DNA of 64,000 nucleotides from NCBI GenBank assembly GCA_965226885.1, contig CBDDEL010000015.1:678830-742829 (forward strand), written 5' to 3'. This document shows positions 21,197 through 31,289 of this stretch, in pieces. Each line of letters starts with the position of its first letter. Within the stretch, counting starts at the first letter, position 1. The stretch comes from Opitutales bacterium (GTDB lineage: Bacteria > Verrucomicrobiota > Verrucomicrobiia > Opitutales > UBA2987). The position numbers and the translations under genes are program-made. The notes beneath the pieces are model-generated. The model saw only the letters and a program-made list of their open reading frames with translations, did no database searches and had not been told where the DNA came from.

Positions 21197-22261
21197 TTAT
21201 CCCCTTAACTTTCTCCGTCGTTCAAGGACATCTGCCTCCTCCCTATTGTCGGCAATTCTTCCAATGTGAGCCTTGTCCTGAAGTCTTCTTTTTATCGATT
21301 TACAATATTCTATATTTGTTTCTGTACCATACCAGTTACGACCAAACGCCTCAGCCACAGCATAAGTTGTCCCTGAACCACCAAAAGGATCAACCACCAA
21401 GCCATCAATATTTGAGGAGGCAAGTATACACTTTTTCACTAACTCTATAGGTTTTTGAGTCGGGTGCTTTTCCCTTTCCCATGAATTATTGGTTAATGTT
21501 GGTATCTCAAAAACATCTTTCGGCTTTGCGCCTTTGTGATGAGGAGTCCAAACATATTCTTTTCCATTCCCATACTGAGAACTCTTTGCTTGTGGATGGT
21601 GTGGATATTTTAGAGTGTGGGCATTGTATGGAACTCTTACTTCATCAACATTAAAAATTATTTTGTTACTATTCCTAAAATGCAACAAACTTTCGTGCGA
21701 CCGCCCCCAGTCATTAGCAAAGTTAGCCTTATTTCGGTAATACCAAACCAACCATTTACACCCCTTAAAGAGACTGCTAGCCGCCCATTTAAGATCAGCT
21801 AATATTTCCGAAAAACCACAAATATATAAACTTCCATTAGGTTCCAGCACTCTTTGCGCCTCTTTTATCCATTCAATGCTCCAATGTACATATTCTTGTT
21901 GGGATTCAAAAGTATCCCATTCAGCTTTTTTGATATTGTATGGAGGATCAGCAAAAATAAGTTGAACGGAAGACGTTTTTACTGTTTTAAAAAAGGTTAT
22001 AACATCTGCATTATACAATCTACCAAGGGTTGTAGTGAATAATGGGACTATCTGGTGTTGTAGAGAATTTGCATAATCAGTTAAGTATTTTTGTTCATGC
22101 TCTTTCAACACTAACTCAATTTGATCATCACTATAAACACGGTAATTATTAAAGGGGTTTCTCTGTGATGGGAATTTTCCTGTTTTATCCCACCTTCTAA
22201 GTGTTTCAGAGCTCACCCCGATTTTTTTTGCAGCCTGGCTAATTTTAAGGTAATTTTCCAT
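21197..22261 (-). CDS. Beta-class DNA methyltransferase with N-terminal MerR-like HTH
   Basis: N-terminal ISQAAKKIGVSSETLRRWD...NNYRVY, then ADPPYN, HPTQKP and DPFGGSGTT. Confidence 0.94.
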   Translation of the reverse strand: MENYLKISQAAKKIGVSSETLRRWDKTGKFPSQRNPFNNYRVYSDDQIELVLKEHEQKYLTDYANSLQHQIVPLFTTTLGRLYNADVITFFKTVKTSSVQLIFADPPYNIKKAEWDTFESQQEYVHWSIEWIKEAQRVLEPNGSLYICGFSEILADLKWAASSLFKGCKWLVWYYRNKANFANDWGRSHESLLHFRNSNKIIFNVDEVRVPYNAHTLKYPHHPQAKSSQYGNGKEYVWTPHHKGAKPKDVFEIPTLTNNSWEREKHPTQKPIELVKKCILASSNIDGLVVDPFGGSGTTYAVAEAFGRNWYGTETNIEYCKSIKRRLQDKAHIGRIADNREEADVLERRRKLRG

Positions 22262-22388
22262 AGTTTTTCCCTAATGTTTAAATGTTCATGATGTGCACTG
22301 GAAAAAGTGGACACGAGATTCTCCTAAATGGAGAATCGAAGCATGGGAAGAAGACGCAGTATAGAGTTCAAAAATGAGGCAGTTCAAC

Positions 22389-23721
22389 TGAAGTGGACGG
22401 GGTTGTTTGGACAATTTTGACGTGGGATTAAGGTGGAAATCGTGTTCATATTATTTTTTAAAAATATATTTTGTCCTTAGCCAAAGACGGGCACGCAGGT
22501 GCCCGCAAGCTGTATTGGCGGGGAGGTTGGTTTTGCTCCGATTGCATGGACTTCGGCCGGGGTCCGGTAGCCCAGGGCTTGGTGGGGGCGCAGGTGGTTG
22601 TAGAAGTCCAGGTAGCGGGCTATCCCTTCGCTGGCTTCCTTTGCCGTGGCGTATTCGCGCAGGTAAATGTCTTCATACTTGAGGGTTCTCCAAAAGCGTT
22701 CAACAAATATGTTGTCCAGGTAGCGGCCACGCCCGTCCATGCTGATGCGCACCCCGGCTTGCCCCAGCACCGAGGTGAACTCGCTGCCGGTAAACTGGCT
22801 GCCTTGATCGGTGTTGAAGATTTGAGGTTGGGCCCGCCTCAGAGCTTCCTCCAGGGCGAGCACACAGAAGCGGCTCTCCAGGGTGTTGGAAAGCTGCCAG
22901 CTCAACACGTAGCGGCTGAACCAGTCCAACACCACGGTCAAGAAAAGGAATCCTCGGCTCAGCCGCAGGTAAGTGATGTCGCTGCACCATACCTGGTCGG
23001 GCCGCTCGACCGCCAAACCCCGCAGCAGATAAGGGAAAATGCGGTGCTGCCGGTGCCCCTGGCTCAAGTTTCGACGCGGATAAATAGCCTCCAGGCCCAT
23101 TTGGCGCATGAGCCGCTGGATGCGGCCTCGTCCCACTGCATGGCCCTCTCGACGCAGCCACTGGGTCATCCGGCGAGAACCAAAAAACGGATATTGGGTG
23201 TAGAGCTCATCCATGCGATGCATGTAGAGAACGTTCTGCTCGCACTGGGCACGGGCCCGATAGTAATAGCTGCCGCGGGCCAGCCCCAGCAACTGACATT
23301 GCCTGCCGATACTGATTTTTCCTTGAAGTGGTTGCACCATCTTGCGCCTCTCACCAACCGAATTGTTCAGACTTTTTTTTTAGCCAATCGCATTCTACTT
23401 TCAGCTTTCCAATCTCCTGGTAAAGGTGATCTTTTTCCGTCTCGTTGTCCTTGCTGAGAGTCTGCCGCTGGCGCGAAAACAGCTCCGTTGCTCCCTGCAA
23501 AAGCTGCTTCTTCCATTGGGTCACCTGGTTGGGATGCACCTCAAAACGACCGGCGATCTCGTTGATGGTATGAGCGCCCCTGATGGCTTCCAGGGCCACT
23601 CGGGCTTTAAACTCAGCACTGTATTGTCTTCTCTTTCGTGATTTAATAACATTCATAGGTTAGCGGATTTAGTGGTTCAAGACCACCTTATTCCACTGTC
23701 CAGTTTTCCCCGTCCATTTCA
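22389..23721 (-). mobile_element. Inner IS3-family element, copy 2 (orfA 23351..23656, orfB 22477..23340)
   Basis: Reverse complement of 19752..21084 with identical translated ORFs. Confidence 0.94.
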
Positions 23722-23958
23722 ACTCGATGGTCTGAGCGCCACCGAGGTATCGACCAAACTTGGGGTCAACACCAACCAATTGTATAGGTGGAAGAGGCTC
23801 TATCTGGACGATCAGCAGGGCGAAGCCACCTCAAAGCGACAGAGCAGTCCGAAGGAGATGGCGGCCGAGATAGATCGTCTTCGCAAAGAGCTGCGCCGCT
23901 CGGAGCGGATCAACCAGATACTAAAAAAAACGGTGGGCTACTTTGCCAAGGACGAACA

Positions 23959-24876
23959 ATGAAGTACCAGTTTGTCAAAGACAGCGAGGGGCGCTTCAAG
24001 ATCGAGGAAATATGCTCGGCGATGGGGATTTGTCGCAGTGGCTATTACTGCTGGAGGCACCGAGCGCCCTCGGCCCGGCGGATCGAGGACGAGGGAATCA
24101 AGGGGGCGATCCTGAAGGTACACAAAGAGGCCAAGGGCCGCTATGGGCATCGGCCAATGCACCGCCATCTGAAGGATGATGAGGGCATCGATTGCGGCCG
24201 TGACCGGGCTCTGCGTCTGATGCGTGAAATGGGAATCAAAAGCACCCAGAGTAAACGCTTTAAGCCATTAAAAACCAACAGTAACCATCCCTATGGTTAC
24301 AGCCCCAATGTGCTTAGAAAGCATGGCCAGCCGACCCATATCGACGAGGTCTGGGTGGCGGACACGACCTACCTACGGACCCTGGCCGGTTGGATGTACT
24401 TGGCCACGGTGATGGACCTGTTCAGCCGACGCCTGCTGGGCTGGAGCGTTTCCAACCACAACGACGCGAAGCTGGTTGGCAAGGCCCTCAAAGCCGCGGC
24501 CATGACCCGCGGCACACTGCGCACCGGGATTATTCATCACAGCGATCGGGGCAGCCCCTACGCCAGCGACGACTATCAGAGGCTGGTCTCTGAACTAGGC
24601 ATGAAGCCGAGCATGAGCGCCCAAGGCAACTGCTACGACAACGCGGCCATGGAATCGTTCTACGGCCGCTTCAAGACCAGCACGATTCGAGGCCGCCACT
24701 TTGCCGACGAGCGCGAACTGCGATCAACTTTCTTCGAATACGTGGAAATCTTCTACAACCGATATCGCAAACATTCCTCTCTGAGTTACCAAAGCCCAGT
24801 CCAATTCGAGGAAAATATTTGCCCCCCATGGGGGGCAACGAGAAAACAAAACCCTTTACCAAAACAAGCCGCCTGA
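23959..24876 (+). CDS. IS3-family transposase OrfB (outer element, copy 2)
   Basis: Same protein as 18587..19504 except two substitutions (N/S, V/F). Confidence 0.92.
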   Translation: MKYQFVKDSEGRFKIEEICSAMGICRSGYYCWRHRAPSARRIEDEGIKGAILKVHKEAKGRYGHRPMHRHLKDDEGIDCGRDRALRLMREMGIKSTQSKRFKPLKTNSNHPYGYSPNVLRKHGQPTHIDEVWVADTTYLRTLAGWMYLATVMDLFSRRLLGWSVSNHNDAKLVGKALKAAAMTRGTLRTGIIHHSDRGSPYASDDYQRLVSELGMKPSMSAQGNCYDNAAMESFYGRFKTSTIRGRHFADERELRSTFFEYVEIFYNRYRKHSSLSYQSPVQFEENICPPWGATRKQNPLPKQAA

Positions 24877-25400
24877 CACACTAATCAATAAACAATGAAT
24901 ATAAGAGAATCCCGTGTCCAACAAATCCAGTACACGTCATTCACAAAACATTAGACAACATTGAACACAAACCTTATACAAATAATTATTAAACTTGGTC
25001 AATATCTTTATCGCAATATTGTTCCATATTTGCAGAAAACACTGTATCTAACTGATGATAAAGATATTACGAATAATTATATACTTGTATAAAAGAAAGA
25101 CTGGATTTTTTAAGATTTTTCCGTAAAAATTATTCGGAATACTATTGTTTTCTTTTCCTTACTTTTTAATCTTACATTACCTAAGGTCAAATTTGACTGC
25201 TTTTTTGGTTCAGATATTGGTTTAAGTATCCGGCATCTCCCATCCTGAAACCTCACATTTATTCCAACTCCTTTTCCTCGCCTTTTCAGATTTGAGGCAT
25301 TTCTTTAGCACAAGAATTAATCGAGGAAGAACCTAAGTTTTTAGCGTGTCTGCCGATGAAGATTGGTGAAAAAAAAAATTAAGCTTTTTTTACTAGACTT

Positions 25401-25442
25401 TTGACAAAACTTGGATAAGTTTTATTGAGAAAGAGTCTCATT
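25401..25442 (+). promoter_or_regulatory. Putative feo promoter (-35 TTGACA) overlapped by a Fur-box-like palindrome
   Basis: TTGACA at 25401-06 and TGAGA-N5-TCTCA at 25426-25440, directly upstream of feoA. Confidence 0.6.
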
Positions 25443-25469
25443 TTCACAGAAAACTTAATTTTTAGACCA

Positions 25470-25700
25470 ATGCTGAACCTGAGCAACCTTTCCATCGGAT
25501 CAAAGGCGCGCGTCAAATCCATCGACGCCAAAAAAAGCGTGGATCAAAGATTGATGGTGATGGGACTGCTGCCCGGAATGGACGTCAAAGTGGTGCAAGT
25601 CGCCCCATTGGGAGACCCTATCGCCATAGAATTTCAAGGCCGGCGCGTGAGTTTGCGAAAGGCCGAAGCGTCCGGAGTCATTCTCGATCTCCTAGTTTAA
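25470..25700 (+). CDS. feoA: Ferrous iron transport protein A
   Basis: RLMVMGLLPG...APLGDPI...SLRKAEA. Confidence 0.95.
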   Translation: MLNLSNLSIGSKARVKSIDAKKSVDQRLMVMGLLPGMDVKVVQVAPLGDPIAIEFQGRRVSLRKAEASGVILDLLV

Positions 25701-25722
25701 GAGGCGGAAGCAATACCCAATC

Positions 25723-27957
25723 ATGGCCTTATTGCCTCCATTGGCGCCTGTAAAAACTATCAGGATCGCCTTGATTGGTAATCCCAATACCGGAAAAACG
25801 ACCCTCTTCAACAACCTGACAGGCTTGCGGCAGCGGGTCGGCAACTACCCGGGCGTGACCATGGCCAAAAAATCGGGCCTGCTGAAATTGGGCCATGACA
25901 ACGGCAAAGTCGAATTGGTCGATCTGCCCGGCGCTTACAGCTTGTCGGCGGCATCCCTGGACGAACGGATCGTGGTGGACGCTTTAAGCGGGCGCATTGC
26001 CGGCATGGATGCGCCCGATGTGGTGGCCTGTGTAGTCGATGCAGCCAACCTTTTGCGGAATCTTTTCCTCACTTCTCAGGCAGCCGAACTTGGCATCCCC
26101 ATGATCCTGATACTGAACCAATGGGATGTGGCTCGGAGGAAAAATATTCATATCGATTGCGAACTGCTCTCCTCGCGACTGGGAGTGCCCGTAGTCAAGG
26201 CGGTGGCCACCCGGAACGAGGGAACAGAGGAAATTCTCCAGGCCATAAATTCGGTTCTGAAGCTCCCCCGAAGAATGCCCTTCATCCAATGGCCCAAGGC
26301 CGTCAATGAAGCCACCCATTTGCTGCGGGAGGCCATACAACCCGAATTGAGAAAAGAGCTCAATTCAACCGAACTGCACCGAATATTATTCGATGCCGAC
26401 TGTGCCGTCCTGGACAGGTTCGGGAAGGATTCCGAAGATATTCGATTGTATGTGGGGCAGGCCAGGGGACTTTTATTCAAAGCGGGCTATAATCCCATGG
26501 CGGCGGAAGCCTTGCTGCAATACGAGCACCTGGGCCAACTGATCGACGGGGTAGTCACCCAGCCGGGCAGTGCAAAAACCACCCGCACCGAATCCATCGA
26601 CCAACTCATGGTGCACCGCGGCTGGGGGTTGGCCATATTTGTCGGCATGATGTACCTGGTTTTCCTATCGGTTTACACCTGGGCCAACCCGTTCATGGAT
26701 GCCATCCAGACGGGTATCAAGTGGTTTCAGGGCATAGCCGAATCCTGGTTTGCGGCCACTCCCATGCTGGAAAGCCTAATGGTGGACGGGGTCATCGAAG
26801 GCGTCGGCGCTTTTCTCGGATTTCTCCCCCAGATAATGATTCTCTTTTTCTTTATCGCATTACTGGAGGACACCGGCTACATGGCCAGAGCCGCCTTTTT
26901 AATGGATAAAATGTTCAGTTGGTGCGGCCTCAACGGTAAGAGTTTTGTGCCCCTGCTCTCCAGTTACGCCTGTGCCGTTCCTGGCATCATGGCCACCCGC
27001 ACGATCGAAGACCCCAAAGCGCGCCTGGCTACCATTTTGATCGCCCCCTTCATGAGCTGCTCGGCCCGCCTGCCGATCTATGTTCTGTTGATCGGAGCCT
27101 TCATCGAACCGGTTTACGGCGCTTTTTACGCCAGTATGGCTCTCTTCCTGATGCATTTTGTTGGGCTCGCCGTTGCCATCCCAACGGCATTTGTGTTAAA
27201 TAAATTCATCCTCCGCACCCGCCCCCAGCCATTCCTCCTGGAATTGCCGGCCTATCGGGTGCCCCGTCTTCGAGACGTTGCCTGGCGCATGATTCAGAGC
27301 GGACGGGAGTTCATCAAACGTGCCGGCACCATCATATTTGCCATCACTATCATAGTCTGGGCCTTGCTCTATTTCCCCAGACCGCCCGAAGTGGAAACTG
27401 CAACCCGCCAAGCATTTATCGAAGAACAAGCAACGATGCGGCACCTTAGCCGGGAAACCATCCAGGCCGAATTGATCGAACCGGATTCGGATTTGTCTCA
27501 GCAACTGGAATACCTGGTTGACAGCGTATACCTGGAACAAAGTTTTATGGGCCGGATCGGTAAAACGCTTCAGCCACTATTTGCCCCGGCTGGCTTCGAT
27601 TGGAAGATTACGGTGGGGGTGCTGGCCAGCTTTCCGGCCAGGGAAGTTGTCATTTCTACCCTCGGTGTCATCTACAGCCTGGGCGGGGATGTGGTCGAGG
27701 AAACCGGAAATTTAAAACAGGCCGTGGCCGACGCCAGATGGACGGATGGAGAACGCATGGGTTCACCGGTTTACATCATGCCGGTGGTGGTGGGAATCCT
27801 CATATTTTTCGCCCTCTGCTCCCAATGCGGAGCCACTCTCGCCATAATTACGAAGGAAACAGGTTTACGCTGGGCCGTATTTTCATTTACATATATGACG
27901 GCATTGGCCTGGCTGGGAGCGGTGCTCTCTTATCAAATTGGAATTCGCCTCTTCTAG
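25723..27957 (+). CDS. feoB: Ferrous iron transport protein B
   Basis: GNPNTGKTT, VGNYPGVT, DLPGAYS, LEDTGYMARAAF, MSCSARLP and ELPAYRVP. Confidence 0.97.
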   Translation: MALLPPLAPVKTIRIALIGNPNTGKTTLFNNLTGLRQRVGNYPGVTMAKKSGLLKLGHDNGKVELVDLPGAYSLSAASLDERIVVDALSGRIAGMDAPDVVACVVDAANLLRNLFLTSQAAELGIPMILILNQWDVARRKNIHIDCELLSSRLGVPVVKAVATRNEGTEEILQAINSVLKLPRRMPFIQWPKAVNEATHLLREAIQPELRKELNSTELHRILFDADCAVLDRFGKDSEDIRLYVGQARGLLFKAGYNPMAAEALLQYEHLGQLIDGVVTQPGSAKTTRTESIDQLMVHRGWGLAIFVGMMYLVFLSVYTWANPFMDAIQTGIKWFQGIAESWFAATPMLESLMVDGVIEGVGAFLGFLPQIMILFFFIALLEDTGYMARAAFLMDKMFSWCGLNGKSFVPLLSSYACAVPGIMATRTIEDPKARLATILIAPFMSCSARLPIYVLLIGAFIEPVYGAFYASMALFLMHFVGLAVAIPTAFVLNKFILRTRPQPFLLELPAYRVPRLRDVAWRMIQSGREFIKRAGTIIFAITIIVWALLYFPRPPEVETATRQAFIEEQATMRHLSRETIQAELIEPDSDLSQQLEYLVDSVYLEQSFMGRIGKTLQPLFAPAGFDWKITVGVLASFPAREVVISTLGVIYSLGGDVVEETGNLKQAVADARWTDGERMGSPVYIMPVVVGILIFFALCSQCGATLAIITKETGLRWAVFSFTYMTALAWLGAVLSYQIGIRLF

Positions 27958-28000
27958 TGTGCAGAGTGCTGCAAAAGTAACGATTTTGAATTAACTTAAA

Positions 28001-28171
28001 ATGAACAACTGGCTCGATATCATCGCAGTAACCTCTGTATTGGCATTTTGCGCGATTTACCTGGGGGTTTATTTTTTCGGCAAAAGCAAGACCGGGAACG
28101 CCTGCGGCAAGAGTGATTGCGGCTGTTCCGAAAAAACTAGAAACCTGCCTTCATTGAAAATAGATCGGTAG
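28001..28171 (+). CDS. FeoB-associated Cys-rich membrane protein (56 aa, not in the ORF track)
   Basis: Manual translation MNNWLDIIAVTSVLAFCAIYLGVYFFGKSKTGNACGKSDCGCSEK...: one TM helix plus a CxxxxCxC tail right after feoB. Confidence 0.85.
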   Translation: MNNWLDIIAVTSVLAFCAIYLGVYFFGKSKTGNACGKSDCGCSEKTRNLPSLKIDR

Positions 28172-28175
28172 GAAA

Positions 28176-28622
28176 TTATATACCGCCCTGCTTATCATCG
28201 TTCTGTGCAAGAAGCGCCTGGCCGGACTTGTAGTCCTCAAAACGAGACGCCATATAGTTAAGGGTTTGCTCAAGTCCCAAATCCCGAGTGCATTCCCGGC
28301 CCAAAATGGCAAATGCCTCCCTCAAGTGAGACGGAACAGGAAAGTGAAAGGAGCATTCACCAGCGGGCTGCACTTTGACCAAGCCGCCCTCCAGCTTTGT
28401 TTGTCCGATAACTTCTTCCAAATAGGCAGACAGAAGCGCTGCCCGGCGGGATTTTCTGTCGAAGCCCCGAATGATCCTTCCAACCATATCAGCGGAATAA
28501 GAATCGCCCTGGATGACTTTGGTGATGGCGCTGGGCAGCAGCCCGCAAGTGGCAGCCAGCTCGGATTTCTTGCGCCCATCCCGCCGAAGAAATTCTTCCA
28601 GTGTTTTGCCCAGCAATTTCAT
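28176..28622 (-). CDS. Putative XRE-like helix-turn-helix protein
   Basis: N-terminal KKSELAATCGLLPSAITKVIQG resembles a Cro/C1 HTH. Confidence 0.65.
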   Translation of the reverse strand: MKLLGKTLEEFLRRDGRKKSELAATCGLLPSAITKVIQGDSYSADMVGRIIRGFDRKSRRAALLSAYLEEVIGQTKLEGGLVKVQPAGECSFHFPVPSHLREAFAILGRECTRDLGLEQTLNYMASRFEDYKSGQALLAQNDDKQGGI

Positions 28623-28792
28623 TCATCCACCTCCCCACCCATTTTCGATATCATTATTTATAATTATACATTAGTAATTCTTTTCCTCGACATTTGGAAA
28701 CTCCTACAAGAGATCGACAACTACGTTATAAAGTTGAGGAAGTTTGCCGCTAAAGATGTAAGCGGAATGCCGTTCGCGGAAAAAACCGCGTA

Positions 28793-31259
28793 TTATAAAT
28801 CCCGTAAAGGGTGATCTTCTACCCGGCAAGAAGCGATAAAATGCTCTTCCACCCATGCCCGCTCAACCGCTTCCAGGGTTTTGGGCGTCCAGGCGGGTTT
28901 ATTGTCCTTGTCGATAATCAATGCGCGGATTCCTTCAGCAAAATCGGGATGGGCCGTAAACTGCATGCTGACATCGTATTCAAGCTGAAACACTTCCTTC
29001 AGCGATAGCCGCCTCGCCCTTCGGTCCAGCTCAAAAATCACGTGCATGGAGGTGGGAGAACCGTGAAAAAAAGCTTTTCGCCCGCGGGCAATCCAGGGAT
29101 CCCCGGCATCGGCGTCTCTCAGGGCCGAGGCAATTTCCAGAAGACTATCGCCCTCCGTGACTTTCTGCATGAAATCGAAATGATTCCGCACATTGGAGGC
29201 AATCGAGTAATCCTTCAAGTCGGCCTGGACTCCGCGCAAATAACGAGAAAGGACTGCCCTGCTGACCTCAGAGTCGTCATCCCAGGAGAGGCTCAACAGG
29301 GCGGCGTAAACCTCCTCTTTTTTATCCGAAGTGATCGGACCCCATCTTTGCTACCACTTTAAGTGAGAGTATTTCCGTAGGTTTGGTATTGTAGGTTTTG
29401 CAGCGGGTGGCGCAATGAGGCCGTAGGCCGAATGGAGCCAGCCGCTGCTTTGTTGATTGTTCGCCAGAGTCTGGCAAATGTATTTGGGGAGAGAAAGCCT
29501 AATCGGCTGTGGGGGTGTTTCGCGTTGTATTTGTGTCGCCATTGTTCGACCACCACACGCGCTTCGGTCACGCTCAGGAACAGTTCCTGATTAAGGCATT
29601 CATCGCGCAAACGATTATGAAAGGATTCTATATGTCCATTCTGCCAAGGGCTTCCTGGATCAATGTATGCGATGGCAATTTCCTGTCGCTGCAGTTCTTC
29701 TTTGACTTGGTGGGCTATAAACTCCGATCCGTTGTCCGAGCGGATGCACTGAGGTTTGCCGTTCTCTCTTATGGCATCGTTCAATACCTCTACCACATCG
29801 GCACTTTTCAGTGAGCGCGCAACCTTAATGGCCAGGCATTGACGGGTATGTTCATCGATCAGTGTCAAGAGCCTGAGCGGACCGCCCCGGTCGGTGCGAT
29901 CCGCCACAAAGTCCCAACTCCACACATGGTTGGGCTGCACTGCTCGGGTCGGGGTAGCCGTGGATTGGCCCTGCCGGCGACGGCGCTTGCCAGGCGGCCG
30001 CACACCCAGTCCTTCGAAACGACGCACTTTTTGGACGAATTTGCGACTCACGGGCCAACCTTCATGGGTCAACAAAGCGCGGATCCGACGATAGCCATAG
30101 CGCGGATCCGACGATAGCCATAGCGCGGATGCTTCTTCGAAAAGGCAATGATGCGTGCCACCAGTTTATGCCTATACTCAGTAGCTTTCTTGGGTTCATA
30201 CAGGTAGGTTGAGCGGTGCAACCCAAAATACTGACAGGCCCGACGCAGCGAGCACGACCCTTGGGCCAATACATGCTTCACCGCTTCCTTTTTCTGCTTC
30301 GGGCCTACCATTTTTTTGCGTTCACCTCCTTGAGCACACGGTTCTCCAGCATCTGCTCGGCTACTATCTTCTTAAGCTGTGTGTTCTCGCGCTCCAGCTC
30401 CTTCAGCCGCTTGGCGTCACGCAGCTCCATGCGGCCATACTTTTTACGCCAACGATGGTAGCTTTGAGGACTGATATTGTGGGACCGACAGACATCCTGA
30501 ATGCCTTTGCCTGCGTCTACTTCGCGCAGTATCGTTATGATTTGTTCAGGGGTGTATCTTTTTTGCTTCATAGGTCTTTCCGGTAATTTCTCCAGAAAGA
30601 CTCTCACTGGCAATGGTAGTGTTTTCGGCGGTCACATCAGAAGGGATAAAAAAGTCCCCCAAGTCCAGAAAAAGGGCATCGGCAGCGTTCATGGGGGCGC
30701 ACGTCAGGGAAAGGTAAAGACCGGAACGGCCCGGCATCCTATTCAAAAACCAGGACCCTCCCACATCTGGATATAAACCGATCGTATTTTCCGGCATGGC
30801 CAAACGGCTGCCTTCAGTCACAACCCGGTGGCTCGCGCCGTTCATCAAACCGATTCCGGCGCCCATAACAATTCCATGCCCCCAGCAAAGCAACGGTTTC
30901 GAGCAGGTGTGGATGATGTAATCGAGCCTGTATTCTTCAGCAAAAAATGCTCCCGCCACGGGATTGTTTATTTCCGGCCCGGGATATTCCAGCATGGACT
31001 GGTAAATATTTCGCAGGTTTCCGCCGGGGCAAAACGCTTTTCCTCCAGCCCCCTGCAGCACGATGCAGCAAATTTCGGGATCGGCCTCCCAACGCTGGAG
31101 TTGCGCATAAAGAAGCCGGATCATCCCAATGCTCAGGGCATTGAGGGATTTTTCCGCGTTTAAAGTGGCAAAAGCCACCCGTCTGCCGCCAACGGCGCGT
31201 TTTTCTTCAAACAATACAGGCGCGACTCTCTCTGATCCTCCCATGACCAATTCCTTCAC
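28793..31259 (-). pseudogene. Enoyl-CoA hydratase/isomerase (3-hydroxyisobutyryl-CoA hydrolase-like), split by an IS
   Basis: LNAEKSLNAL, GIVMGAGIGL, AMPENTIGLYPDVG and DFAEGIRALIIDKD. Rejoins in frame (FFIPS-DKKEEVY) after removing the IS and TSD GAAG. Confidence 0.92.
29332..30639 (-). mobile_element. IS3-family element (IS407-like), copy 2, orfB frameshifted by a 23-bp duplication
   Basis: Reverse complement of 12705..13989, TSD GAAG, 1308 bp = 1285 + 23. The duplication lies at 30076..30121. Confidence 0.95.
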
Positions 31260-31289
31260 TCCAGTCGATATAGCGAGGCGGACCCGCGG

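Larger units (their letters stand above)
12263..21208 (+). pseudogene. Type II PD-(D/E)xK restriction endonuclease gene split into four pieces (12263-12354, 15215-15817, 18339-18523, 21188-21208)
   Basis: Removing the ISs, one copy of each TSD and a 13-bp duplication gives 888 nt (295 aa plus stop). It has RKHVGNRFEE, EIDVII and VISLKTSSKDR motifs and converges on a methyltransferase. Confidence 0.85.
22289..24939 (+). mobile_element. Outer IS3-family element, copy 2 (inverted relative to copy 1), with the same nested element (2651 bp)
   Basis: Near-identical reverse complement of 18524..21184. Own TSD TTCA (22285-88, 24940-43). 10-bp deletion next to the inner element. Confidence 0.93.

Noticed and set aside
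18524..24939. Methyltransferase delivered as a composite transposon
   Set aside because: Each IS copy has its own TSD, and the endonuclease gene continues across copy 1, so the methyltransferase was there first.
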